Of a stretch of 64,000 nt of DNA, positions 54,855 to 64,000 are shown in pieces; within the stretch, counting starts at the first letter, position 1, and each line of letters starts with the position of its first letter. Source of the DNA: an uncultured Verrucomicrobiae bacterium (GTDB taxonomy: Bacteria; Verrucomicrobiota; Verrucomicrobiia; Limisphaerales; UBA11358). Under the pieces are notes generated by a model. That model worked only from the letters and a program-made list of their open reading frames with translations, did no database searches and had not been told where the DNA came from. Where the stretch lies: positions 6,594-70,593 of the forward strand of contig CAWACS010000011.1 of assembly GCA_963780535.1 (NCBI GenBank), in the 5' to 3' direction. Both the position numbers and the translations under genes were made by a program.

Positions 54855-57653
54855 TCACGACGCGGCGCGGAGGCGGTGGATGGCTTCGCGCAACCGGCGT
54901 TCAATGACGGCCTGCCGCTCGGATGAGGTGATTTTGTCGCCGTTCAGATCGCAAACGTAAAAGCTGTCGATGGCCGCGCCGCGTTCAGTCACGATGCGGG
55001 CGCTCACAATGTCCACCGCCAGCTTGGAAAGGGTCTGGGAAATCATGTACAGCAGGCCCAGATGGTCTTCGGTTTCAATTTCGATGAGCGTGCGCGTCTC
55101 GGACACCTCGTTGTCGATCTGAATCAGCGTTTGGATATGCTCGCCGGTGTAGGGTTGATAGACCGGCTGTTGGGTGATTTGGCGTTTGATGAGCGCGGGC
55201 AGATCGATGTCTTCGTCCGTCAGGACTTTTTCCAGCAGCTCGGCGAACTGGTCGTGTTGCTGACGGGTGGCGAGGTGGCCCGTGCGCCCGTCATTCACGT
55301 AGAACGTGTCGAGCACGATGCTGTCGGTGCGGGTGAAGATCTGCGCTCCCAGGATGTTCAGTCCGGCGGCACTGAGCGAGCCGGCGATCTTGCTGAACAG
55401 CCCGCCGCGGTCCCACGTGCAGATTTTGACGGCATTGTAGCCGCGGTCGGCCTCGTCCCGCCAGGCGATGACCGGCGAGAGCACGTGGTCGTCCTCGAGC
55501 ACCAGCCGGCGCATGAAACGGTGCACCAGTTCCAGGTCATCGATGATTTCCCGGGCGGTGCGGACTTGAAAATAGCGCGGTGGCAGCGTGGCAAAGTGCG
55601 TGTTGATTTCCTCGGCGCTCAACGATTTGCCGGCCGTTTGGCGGACCTCCTGCAACAGCGCTTCCCGTTGTTCCGCCTCGGCGCGGATGAATTCCGTGCC
55701 GCCCGTGAGCAAAATCATCGCCCGGCTGTGCAACTGCCACAACAGCGCATCCTTGAAACCGTTCCAGAGTTTTTCGCTCGTGCTGAGCGAGTCGGCGAAG
55801 GTCAGCAGCGTGAGCAGGTCGAGCGCTTCGGGCGTTTCCATCTCCCGCGCGAAGTTGCGGATGATTGAGGTGTCATCCAGGTCGCGTCGTTGCGAGACGC
55901 TGGCCATGAGCAGGTGGTTTTCGATGATGACCTCCAGGGTGTGGGCCACCGTGCTGTCGAGGCGCAGCCGCTTGGCGACGCGCATGGCCATTTCGGCGCT
56001 GACCTGGGGATGGTCGCCCCGTTTGTGCCGTCCCGCCTTGCCGACGTCATGCAGCAACAGCGCCAGATAAAGGATGCCGGGACGTTCGAGGTTCTGGAAG
56101 AGTGGCGCGTAATTTTTATACGGCAGGTTTTTGGCTTCCCAGATCCGATCCAGCTGCTCCAGGCAGACCAGCGTGTGCTCATCGGCGGCGTATTGATGGT
56201 AAAATTCGTGCTGGACGAGACAGGTGAGCTTGCCGAACTCGGGGATGTATTTGCCGAGGAAGTTCACCTCGTGCATGGCGCGCAGAACGGGGGCGACGCT
56301 GCCGCGCTGGCCGAGTATGGTCAAAAACGTCTCCCGCACGTGCTCATCGTTCAGGAAACTGCGGTCCACCAGCGAGATTTCATGGCGGATGAGCTGTTCC
56401 AGGTCCGGATGCAGCCGCAACTGCCGCTGCTGCGCGTAAAGAAAGACGCGCATCAGGCGCTGGGGCTGTTCCCGGAAAACCCGCCTGGACGCGGCGTGAA
56501 TTTCGTCGCCCACAAACAAAAAGCCGTCCATCGGTTCCGGCGCCCGGCGTTTGGGCAGCCATGCGCGCAACGACAGTTTTCCCCGCGCCGGGGGCAGCAA
56601 CGCCATGCGCTGTTCCAGCGTGCGCGCGATGAGAAAAACATTGCGCATGTGGGTATAAAGGTCCCGCATGAATTTTTCGATTCGTTTGCTCGGCGAACGG
56701 TCGCCATAGCCGAGGCCAAGTGCCACGGCCGGTTGCAGGTTCTTGCCCAGTGCGTCCACGGCGCGGCTGGTTTGATAGTGCAGTTCGGTCCGCGTCCGCA
56801 GCAAAAAGTCATAGGCGGCTTCGAGTTGCTTGCGCTCGGATTTGCCGACGAATTCACGTTTCTCCAGTTCGTCCAGCGTCCGCGCGCGGTATTTGAAAAA
56901 TGCCAGCCACAGCAGGTTCTGAAAATCGCGCAGGCCGCCACAGCCGTTCTTGATGTTTGGCTCCTGCATGCAGGCGGAGTTGCCGAATTTGGCGTGACGC
57001 GCCTCCTGGTCGGCGACGCGCTCGCCGATGTATTTTTCCTCAAAGCCGTCCACGCATTTATCAACGATCACCCGCTGAAATCTTTTGAACAACGCCTCGT
57101 CACCAATGATCAAACGCGATTCGATGAGCGAGGTTTTGGACTGCATGTCGGAGTTGGCCACCTTGACGCAATCGTCGATGCTGCGGACCGCGTAACCAAC
57201 CTTCAAGCCGATGTCCCAGAGCGGGTAGAGCACGCCGTCAATCAGCTTGGACAGGTAGGGGAGCGGTTTGCCTGCGGCGACCTGCCCGTCATGCAGAAAC
57301 ATGAAGTCGATGTCGCTGCACGGATTCAATTCCGTGCGGCCGTAGCCGCCGATGGCCACCAGCGACAGCGGTGGAAATTCCTTTTGTGCCCGGGACGAGA
57401 GGCTGCCACGCGCGGATTCCCAGAGATGCCGCAACAGCGCGTCGAGCATCGCTGCGCGCGCCTGGCAGATTTCGTGTCCGCCGGAGCCTCCGCGGTGCCA
57501 CAATTTGAGCCGGTGCGTTTCCACCTTGAGAAAGCCTTTGCAACGCGAAAGTCGTTCCGCGGTGTTGGTATTGGCCGAAACGGGCAGGCGCGCCGCCGCG
57601 TCGCCTTCAATTTTTCTGATTAAATCCTGCACGGGCGCACAAGTTGCGAACAA
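54855..57653 (-). CDS. glnD: Bifunctional [protein-PII] uridylyltransferase / uridylyl-removing enzyme GlnD
   Basis: 932 aa. It has a nucleotidyltransferase N-terminus (LVAIGGYGRTELNPCSDIDFMFL), an HD domain (LALLLHDVGK) and two C-terminal ACT-like domains. Confidence 0.9.
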   Translation of the reverse strand: MFATCAPVQDLIRKIEGDAAARLPVSANTNTAERLSRCKGFLKVETHRLKLWHRGGSGGHEICQARAAMLDALLRHLWESARGSLSSRAQKEFPPLSLVAIGGYGRTELNPCSDIDFMFLHDGQVAAGKPLPYLSKLIDGVLYPLWDIGLKVGYAVRSIDDCVKVANSDMQSKTSLIESRLIIGDEALFKRFQRVIVDKCVDGFEEKYIGERVADQEARHAKFGNSACMQEPNIKNGCGGLRDFQNLLWLAFFKYRARTLDELEKREFVGKSERKQLEAAYDFLLRTRTELHYQTSRAVDALGKNLQPAVALGLGYGDRSPSKRIEKFMRDLYTHMRNVFLIARTLEQRMALLPPARGKLSLRAWLPKRRAPEPMDGFLFVGDEIHAASRRVFREQPQRLMRVFLYAQQRQLRLHPDLEQLIRHEISLVDRSFLNDEHVRETFLTILGQRGSVAPVLRAMHEVNFLGKYIPEFGKLTCLVQHEFYHQYAADEHTLVCLEQLDRIWEAKNLPYKNYAPLFQNLERPGILYLALLLHDVGKAGRHKRGDHPQVSAEMAMRVAKRLRLDSTVAHTLEVIIENHLLMASVSQRRDLDDTSIIRNFAREMETPEALDLLTLLTFADSLSTSEKLWNGFKDALLWQLHSRAMILLTGGTEFIRAEAEQREALLQEVRQTAGKSLSAEEINTHFATLPPRYFQVRTAREIIDDLELVHRFMRRLVLEDDHVLSPVIAWRDEADRGYNAVKICTWDRGGLFSKIAGSLSAAGLNILGAQIFTRTDSIVLDTFYVNDGRTGHLATRQQHDQFAELLEKVLTDEDIDLPALIKRQITQQPVYQPYTGEHIQTLIQIDNEVSETRTLIEIETEDHLGLLYMISQTLSKLAVDIVSARIVTERGAAIDSFYVCDLNGDKITSSERQAVIERRLREAIHRLRAAS

Positions 57654-57726
57654 AATGGTCCGAAAGCAAGTTCAGCCGCCAGCGAAAACCTTGTCGCCCA
57701 CCGTGTGTCTGTTTTAAAGTCCGTTG

Positions 57727-58329
57727 ATGCCGGTCCATCCCGATCCCGATGCCCTCCTGATGCTGCGCGTGAAGCGCGGCGACCGGGCGGCGTTCGCGGA
57801 ACTGGTGGAAAAATACAAGCAGCCGGTGATGAACCTGGTTTATCGCACCCTGCACGATGCCACCGAGGCCGAGGATCTGGCGCAAATCGTCTTTTTGCAG
57901 GTTTACAAATCCGCCAAACGCTACGAATCACGCGCCAAGTTTTCCACCTGGCTGTTCACCATCGCGCGCAACCTGTGCCTGAACGAAATCCGACGGCGCT
58001 CGCGTCACCCCGCCGATTCGCTTGAGGAAGCGCATGCCGAGCATGAGGACCAGCCGCGCCAGCAGTTCGAGGACAAGGGCAACGTCCTGCCGCCGGAGAA
58101 ATTGCTGCACGGCGAACTGGCGCAAAAAATCGAGGAAGCCCTGGCGGACCTGCCGGAAAACCAGCGCACCGCCATTTTGCTCTGCCGGCAGGAGGAGTTG
58201 AGTTACGAGGAAATCGCCGAAATTCTGGGCTGCTCGCTCTCCGCCACCAAATCGCTCATCCACCGCGGGCGCGAAACGCTCAAGGAGAAATTGAAGCCAT
58301 ATCTGAGAACCGGCGAGTGGGACGCGTGA
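57727..58329 (+). CDS. ECF-type RNA polymerase sigma-70 factor
   Basis: AEDLAQIVFLQVY...FSTWLFTIARNLCLNEIR and LPENQRTAILLCRQEELSYEEIAEILGCSLSATKSLIHRGR. Confidence 0.85.
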   Translation: MPVHPDPDALLMLRVKRGDRAAFAELVEKYKQPVMNLVYRTLHDATEAEDLAQIVFLQVYKSAKRYESRAKFSTWLFTIARNLCLNEIRRRSRHPADSLEEAHAEHEDQPRQQFEDKGNVLPPEKLLHGELAQKIEEALADLPENQRTAILLCRQEELSYEEIAEILGCSLSATKSLIHRGRETLKEKLKPYLRTGEWDA

Positions 58330-58383
58330 AATTTTCCTTTTTATCCGTGTTCATCCGTGTCCATCTGTGGTTAAAATTTCACG

Positions 58384-59136
58384 GTGAAAGCCGTCATCCT
58401 CGCCGCCGGCAAGGGCACCCGCATGCGGGAACTCACGAACGAGTTGCCCAAGCCCATGCTCCGCGTTCAGGCCAAACCCATACTCGAACACATTGTGACC
58501 GACATTCGAGCGGCGGGGGTGCGCGATATTTTCATCGTCACTGGCTGGCGCGCCAACGTCATCGAACACCATTTCGGCGACGGGAAAAAATTCGGCGCGC
58601 GCATTGCGTTTGGGCGGCAGGTGGTCCAGGACGGCACGGGCAAGGCGCCGGAACTGGCAAAGGCGTTTGTTGGCGATTCGCCGTTTCTGCTGACGTACGG
58701 CGATATTCTGGTTCCGCCGGAAACGTATTCGCAGATGGTTAAACGCTTCAACGAAGGCGATTTTGCCGGGGTCATCACCGTCACGCGCGGCGAAGATGTG
58801 ACGAAGGGCGGCTTGAATTTCTTCGACGAACAATTTTGCCTGGAGCGGCTGGTGGAAAAACCATCGCCGGAACAGGTGGCACAACTGCGTCGCGACGGCT
58901 GGCTCAAACCCGGCACTCCGGCGTGGTATAATGCGGGCATTTACATTTTCCGACCGGCATTGTTCGATTTCACGGCGCGCCTGCAAAAATCGCCGCGGGG
59001 CGAATACGAGTTGACCGACGCCATCAGCGCGATGGTTGTCGCCGGACAAAAACTGGCCGGCCTGGAAATTCAGGGCCGCTGGGTGGATGTGCGCGACCCG
59101 GAAACGCTGGCAAAGCTGGAAAAAGAATCGAAATAA
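58384..59136 (+). CDS. Sugar-phosphate nucleotidyltransferase family protein
   Basis: GTG start. MKAVILAAGKGTRMRELTNELPKPMLRV. Confidence 0.8.
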   Translation: MKAVILAAGKGTRMRELTNELPKPMLRVQAKPILEHIVTDIRAAGVRDIFIVTGWRANVIEHHFGDGKKFGARIAFGRQVVQDGTGKAPELAKAFVGDSPFLLTYGDILVPPETYSQMVKRFNEGDFAGVITVTRGEDVTKGGLNFFDEQFCLERLVEKPSPEQVAQLRRDGWLKPGTPAWYNAGIYIFRPALFDFTARLQKSPRGEYELTDAISAMVVAGQKLAGLEIQGRWVDVRDPETLAKLEKESK

Positions 59137-59199
59137 TTTGGGGGAAGGACGGCGTGCCGCCGTCCCCAATTTGGATCGCCGACACGGCGGCCCTCCCGT

Positions 59200-59973
59200 T
59201 CAAGAAACAAACCTGGGTTCGTACACCGGGCCGAGGCCGTGCTTGCGCAACAATTCGGCAAATTTGGCGATGGCGCGTTTTTCGTCCGTGGCCAGGTGGT
59301 AATGAATGTGCCAGTCGAAGTAATCCTTGCGGAAATCGTGGTCGTATTCGGTCCGGTTGCGGATGATCCAGTCCAGCGTGTCCACGCCTAAATTCCGCGC
59401 ATCACGCAGCTCCTGGCGTAACTCCGAGTTTTCAATGCCGCGCCGCAACGCCCAGACCGCAAACACGAACGGCAGATTCGTCAGCTCAAACCACGCCGAG
59501 CCGAGGTCAAGGATTTCGTGTTCGTGCGGCGCGCGCTGGAAATCAATCGCCGGGTCGCCGATGAGCAACACCGCGTCGTGCTCCATCGCATTCCGGGGAT
59601 TGTCGAGCGGCTTGAATTCGGGTTTCAATCCGCGTTCCGCCAGCAGGACCTTCAAGAGGTTCAAGCCCGACAGTGACGCAGCATGGCAATAAATCTCCTT
59701 TAATTGATCCAGGGGGCGGCGATGCGCCAGGAGCACGCTGTAAACCTCGCCGAAAGACGCCACCGCGATGCCGTCCAGGACATCGTAACGGTCGGTCAGC
59801 AGAACCTCCGCCGTGCTGACGAGCGCGGCGTCGAGTTCGTCGCGGCGGAGCAGTTCGGCGAGCCGGGCGGGCGTGGTGAAAATGACCTTGTCTTCGATGC
59901 CGCGCGTGAGCGGCACGGCGTTGAGATATTGCACCGAGCCGATGCGGAATGGGGGAATCTCAGCGGCGGACAT
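59200..59973 (-). CDS. mqnA: Futalosine-pathway menaquinone biosynthesis protein, MqnA/MqnD family (likely chorismate dehydratase MqnA)
   Basis: FRIGSVQYLNAVPLTRGIEDKVIFTTPARLAELLRRDELDAALVSTAEVL. 257 aa. Confidence 0.7.
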   Translation of the reverse strand: MSAAEIPPFRIGSVQYLNAVPLTRGIEDKVIFTTPARLAELLRRDELDAALVSTAEVLLTDRYDVLDGIAVASFGEVYSVLLAHRRPLDQLKEIYCHAASLSGLNLLKVLLAERGLKPEFKPLDNPRNAMEHDAVLLIGDPAIDFQRAPHEHEILDLGSAWFELTNLPFVFAVWALRRGIENSELRQELRDARNLGVDTLDWIIRNRTEYDHDFRKDYFDWHIHYHLATDEKRAIAKFAELLRKHGLGPVYEPRFVS

Positions 59974-60009
59974 TTCAGGGGTTAACGGTTCAAGCGGTTC
60001 GGGGGGGGC

Positions 60010-60885
60010 TTACCGGCTCTTGGTATAGGTGACGAATTCGGCATCCTCGTCGGAGGTCGGCATGTTCAACGTGAACGTCTGGCTTTGGCCCAGAATGACC
60101 GTGATTTCCTTCCGGCTGAAATTCTCCAGGTAATAATCCATGACGTAGCTGCCCGGTTGGATCCCGCGTTGGATGTCAATTTTCTTGTAGCCTTCGCGCC
60201 ACGTGGGATCGGCGGTGTCGAGCATGAACCCGACAAAATCCCGGCCCGGTCGGGAATGATCCCGCACGATGCCGATGCGATGCGGAACCGTTCCGGACCC
60301 ATCCCAGATGCCTTCTATCGGGTCGAGGGTTTGCCGGTGCGTGTCGAGATAATGGGCGAACCCTGACTCCGAAACGGCAAAGGTTTCCCAGGCATCCGTG
60401 TAGCGCAGCAGGTCGGCCACCATGCGATAACTGGCACTTGAATAACCCGGATCTTCGACCGATCTCACCTGCACGGCGTCCGCGCCTTTTTCCCAGGCAG
60501 TTTTAATTATTTTTGCCGTTTCCTCCTCGGCCGACCCGCCGCGCATCGTGAGATGGCCCCCGCCGATGAAGACGGTTCCAATCACGGCGCAGGACCGGGG
60601 AACGGTCATGTTTTCGGTATAAACGGGGATGGGATAACCCGCCGGCCTGGCCGGTCCGGCCGGCAGACGGGGTTGATAGGTCAACACGGTCGAACAACCC
60701 GTTAACAGCAGCGCCAAGCAAAAAATCCACGCGATGCTGATGGGAAGAGCCGGGCCGATGCAAAATTTTGTGTCATGGGATGAGGTACTGGCACATTTTG
60801 GTGGGGCGAGGCTCCTGACGAGCCGGCTCGCGAGGACGCTCGCCCCACCAAAAACTGCAAAAGGTACCACTACCTGGGATGACAT
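60010..60885 (-). CDS. Hypothetical lipoprotein; the N-terminal coding region runs through a REP element
   Basis: A lipobox-like LLLTGCST is preceded by GGASVLASRLVRSLAPP, which is the translation of the repeat at 60800-60849. The start is uncertain (60885, 60927, 60933 or 61002). Confidence 0.5.
   Translation of the reverse strand: MSSQVVVPFAVFGGASVLASRLVRSLAPPKCASTSSHDTKFCIGPALPISIAWIFCLALLLTGCSTVLTYQPRLPAGPARPAGYPIPVYTENMTVPRSCAVIGTVFIGGGHLTMRGGSAEEETAKIIKTAWEKGADAVQVRSVEDPGYSSASYRMVADLLRYTDAWETFAVSESGFAHYLDTHRQTLDPIEGIWDGSGTVPHRIGIVRDHSRPGRDFVGFMLDTADPTWREGYKKIDIQRGIQPGSYVMDYYLENFSRKEITVILGQSQTFTLNMPTSDEDAEFVTYTKSR
60800..60849. repeat. 50-nt palindromic REP-like element, an inverted copy of 21215..21264
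   Basis: ggtggggcgaggctcctgacgagccggctcgcgaggacgctcgccccacc. Confidence 0.85.
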
Positions 60886-60985
60886 GGTGTTGACAGTTTG
60901 CGTTGTCGCCGAGCGCGCTGCGAGCATTTTCATCTTCCTAATAATCCGGCTTGCCTCATTGTTCCGCTTGCCGTTTTCTTTCCGT

Positions 60986-61261
60986 GTGAAACCGGGGCGC
61001 ACACTTCTGGACTTGGGCGCTGAACGCTGTTCGGACGCCGAACTTCTGGCAATCCTTCTTGGAAGCGGTGGGCGTGGTTATTCCGCGCTGGACAGTGCCA
61101 ACGCATTGCTCGACAAATACGGCACGCTGGCAGGATTGATGGATCGCCCGCTGGACGAAATTGCCGATGTTAAAGGCATTAAGGTGGTGCGCGCGATTCG
61201 GCTCGCCGCCGCGTATGAAATCTGCCAAAGATTGCTGAAAGAAGTTGCCCGCGACGCCTGA
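60986..61261 (+). pseudogene. radC: Truncated radC: only the N-terminal helix-hairpin-helix part, with no JAB/MPN domain
   Basis: (V)KPGRTLLDLGAERCSDAELLAILLGSGGRGYSALDSANALLDKYGTLAGLMDRPLDEIADVKGIKVVRAIRLAAAYEICQRL, then a stop. The HxHPSG-type JAB domain expected downstream is absent. Possible GTG start at 60986. Confidence 0.6.
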
Positions 61262-63866
61262 TGAAAACCCGCGAACTATCCCGTGCACGGATCGGAAAAG
61301 TGAAGCCGCCGGCCTTTGACCACCTCAACCGGCAGATTCCGCCAGAGCCGCACACGGCCATGTATGTGTGGCACAAGTATTGGTCGCGCAAAACGTGGAA
61401 CGTGGTCGGCGAGCACATCAAGGCTTACACCAAGCCGCATCAGATTGTGTTCGATCCTTTTGCCGGCAGCGGCGTGGTGGCCATCGAAGCTGCGCGCAAC
61501 AAGCGCCGCGCCATCGTGTGCGATTTGAATCCGATCGCCAGTTGCATCACGGAATTAACGTTGCGACGGGTGGACACACTGAAACTCCTTGAAGCGTTCC
61601 ACCGTGTCCGGGATCGGGTGCAGAAACGCATCGAAGAACTTTACATAATCCACTGTTTGAAATGTGGCGGGCCACTCGTGGCCGATTGCTGCGTGCGCGA
61701 AGGTGATGAGCTTGTGGAAGTGCGCTACAAAGGCTGTCCCCACTGCGAGCACCGTTGCGAGACCGGCTGCAAACCGCGCAAAAAAGACCTTGATGCTTTG
61801 ACCGAGCTCGAAGCCAAACGAATCAGGGAATGGTATCCACGCAACCGGCTCTATTATCCTGATGGCGAACCTTTCAAAGAAAAGCAGCGCTACGATTCAC
61901 TTGACCAACTTTTTACGAAACGCAACCTGCGCGCGGCAGCAATGATCTATGAAGCCATCGAACAGGAGAATAGTCCACAACTGAAAAAGTTCCTGCTCGG
62001 TGCGTTTACTTCAATGATTCATCTATGCACAAAAATGATGCCCGTGGGCAACCCGGCGCAGTCCAATCATTACACATTTTTCAGTTCGCCCGGCTGGACT
62101 CAGCACAGTTACTGGTTTGCGGCACGCTTCATGGAACAAAACGTGTGGGAAAAATTTGAGGGCGCAGTGACCGGCCCTCAAGGAATAATCAACGCCAAGA
62201 ACGAGTCCAACGAACATTTGGGCGATGTGAAGATCACAGACGACTGGCGCAAAGTTCTCGCTGGCGAAGCCGATATCGCCATTGTCACTGAAGATTGCGT
62301 GGAGTTGATGAAAAAGATGCCGGAAGAATGCGTGGATTACATCTTTACGGATCCGCCTTACGATGCGTCCATCCAGTATGGCGAGCTTTCCTATCTCTGG
62401 AACGCCTGGCTGAAAACGGACTATCGCTACACGGAAAATATCGTGACGCACGAAGTGATCCGCAACGAGCACCAGAAAAAACCTTTTGAAGTTTATCATG
62501 CGCTGCTCAACAGCAGCTTTCTGGGTTTTTACAAGACGCTGCGGGCCGAACGCTGCCTGACGCTGACATTTCATAATCCGACGTTCATGGTTCGCAATGC
62601 CACGGTGCGGCGGGCGTGTTTTCGGGTTTCAACTACGAGCACATTCATCACCAGCCACTCGGACAGGTGTCCGCCAAGGCAATGCTGCAGCCGTTCGGCA
62701 GCGCGCAGGGTGATTTCTATCTTCGCTTTGTCAAAACCGCGAAGCCGGCGCGGGAGATGGAGGAAGTTAGCGAAGAGCGTTTTCGCCGTATTGTGATTGA
62801 AACGTGTCGCGAAGTCATCGCCAGCCGTGCCGAGCCGACGCCCTACACCATCCTCATCAATCAAGTTGACCCGGTGCTTGCCAGGCGTGGTCTATTCGGC
62901 ACGCTCCAGACCGGGTTGGATGTAAAAACCGTGCTTGAAGAAAGCATCGGCCAGGAATTTGAGCTGGTGGATGCCAAACTGGGCGGCGCGGCGGGCAAGT
63001 TGTGGTGGTTCGCGGACAAGACATTTGCTGCGCGCCTGGAAGCCGTGCCATTGTCGGAGCGCGTCGAAGAAACCGTGTTTCGCTGTCTAAACGAAAAAGG
63101 CCGCGTCACATTCACGGAAGTCTGGGACACAGTGGCGCGCGAATTTCCCAATTCGCTCACGTCGGACAGCACGAGCATCACCGAGGCGCTGGAAATTTAC
63201 GGACGAAAAGTCAGTGGCGGCGCGTGGATGCTGAAAGAGGAAATCCGGTTGAGCCTGTCGCGCCACAGTGAAGTGATTGCGTTGCTGGCAAAAATCGGCA
63301 CGGCGCGCGGTCACGACATCTGGATCGGCCAGCGCGAACAGCGTGATACCGCGAGCGGGGTGGTTGAGCGGGTGCAACTGCGTGATCTCGTCACAAAAAA
63401 ACCGGCATCGCTGAAAGGAGTGAAAGAACTCGCCACGGTGCTCAACATGGATTTGCTCTGGCTCAATGGCAATGAAGTGGTCCGGGCGTTTGAAGTGGAA
63501 TGCACCACCACCATGACCAGCGGGTTGCAGCGCGGTTCAAATCTTCCTGCGACTGTTCCCAAAACGATGGTCATTCCCGAAGAGCGGGAACAGGATTTTG
63601 AGCGGAAGATGAAATCGCCTTTGTTCAGCGGGCATTTCGAGAAAGACAACTGGACTTTGGCGTATTTCAATGCGCTCCGCGAAGCATTCACCAAGACAAA
63701 GGGACGGACAAACTTGGAGTCGCTGTTCGGCAAAAAAAGACACGTAAACATTAGCCGGCGTGAAACCAAAAATGAAGAAAACCAAGTGCTTTTTGAACTT
63801 CCAGAATCGGGTGGCCGAAAGGCATCTTCATCCGACGCTTTGAAAGATGATGCGATAGCAGAGTAG
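61261..63866 (+). pseudogene. Frameshifted ~870-codon DNA methyltransferase (motif I, Zn ribbon, motif IV) fused to a C-terminal PD-(D/E)xK-like module; resembles a Type IIG/IIC enzyme or the COG1743 family
   Basis: Frame 1 (61261-~62615) contains WHKYWSRKTWN, VFDPFAGSGVVAIEAA, CLKCGG...GCPHCEH and DYIFTDPPYDASIQYGE. Frame 3 (62616-63866) continues sensibly (FSGFNYEHIHHQPLG...) and ends with DLLWLNGNEVVRAFEVECTTTMTSGLQRG. Past ~62616 the frame-1 tail is Arg/Ser-rich nonsense. Confidence 0.7.
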
Positions 63867-63871
63867 CGGTC

Positions 63872-64000
63872 TCACGCCGTCGCGAGATTATCTTCCAGCA
63901 CCTTGGATTTGCCTCCGGGCGGCTCGGCTTCGGTGGTCGCTGGCGCGTTTTCCAGAACCTTGATCGGCTCGTAAAACGTGTTGCGTTGCACCGGGGTGCG
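63872..64000 (-). CDS. 3' end of an unidentified minus-strand gene that continues beyond the window
   Basis: 42 open codons on the minus strand end in ...KVLEDNLATA*, with the stop at 63874-63872. The fragment is too short to identify. Confidence 0.3.
   Translation of the reverse strand, partial: RTPVQRNTFYEPIKVLENAPATTEAEPPGGKSKVLEDNLATA

Noticed and set aside
55890-57623. 577-aa ORF on the plus strand, opposite glnD. Similar long antisense ORFs occur at 766-1791, 12552-13967, 20107-21192, 28127-29479, 40276-41277, 48309-49562 and 58351-59169.
   Set aside because: Each overlaps a confidently identified gene on the other strand and translates to Arg/Gly/His-rich sequence without recognisable domains. 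All are treated as non-coding shadows.
1-64000. A search by eye for CRISPR arrays, rRNA genes, integrases, transposases and phage structural genes.
   Set aside because: I saw no regularly spaced direct repeats and no recombinase or transposase-like translations. The only repeats are the palindromic REP-type elements and the gene-tail duplications reported under findings.

Overview
This is a 64-kb chromosomal window from a high-GC bacterium. I infer a PVC-group organism, most likely Verrucomicrobiota, from four things: a DUF1559/H-X9-DG pseudopilin, giant secreted proteins with CxxCH modules, an MqnA-type menaquinone gene, and GGASVLASRL...SLAPP-type REP elements. No BLAST or HMM search was possible, so every functional call rests on motifs I can read in the translations plus gene order.

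The backbone is ordinary housekeeping and envelope genes:
- A complete pqqABCDE operon, including a 25-codon pqqA that is missing from the ORF track.
- An M42 peptidase, a TonB-dependent receptor and a YVTN propeller.
- A 1804-aa secreted protein combining a PQQ-like propeller, PA14 and CxxCH modules, overlapping a pseudopilin gene.
- engB, an ABC-F ATPase, a GH1 glucosidase, msrB, lysS, lpxD, aroQ-accB-accC, trxA and glnD.
- A CusAB-like efflux pair, two ECF sigma factors, tRNA-Leu(CAG) and tRNA-Gly(CCC).

The accessory content is three DNA-methyltransferase cassettes. Each one abuts a broken or duplicated housekeeping gene.
1. 16.6-18.5 kb: a compact Type II R-M pair next to a carB truncated at codon 501.
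2. 35.3-38.75 kb: a low-GC three-gene cassette inserted in the 3' end of lysS and bracketed by 87-bp direct repeats of the lysS tail. It encodes a zinc-ribbon / winged-helix-like / TIR- or deoxyribosyltransferase-like protein, a nuclease-like protein and a Type III-Mod-like methylase. This is my best candidate for an undescribed defence system.
3. 61.3-63.9 kb: a frameshifted methylase-nuclease fusion starting on the stop codon of a truncated radC.

Several palindromic REP-like repeat families are present. One copy sits in frame inside lysS. I found no CRISPR array, rRNA, integrase or transposase. Many long antisense ORFs in the track are high-GC shadow ORFs.
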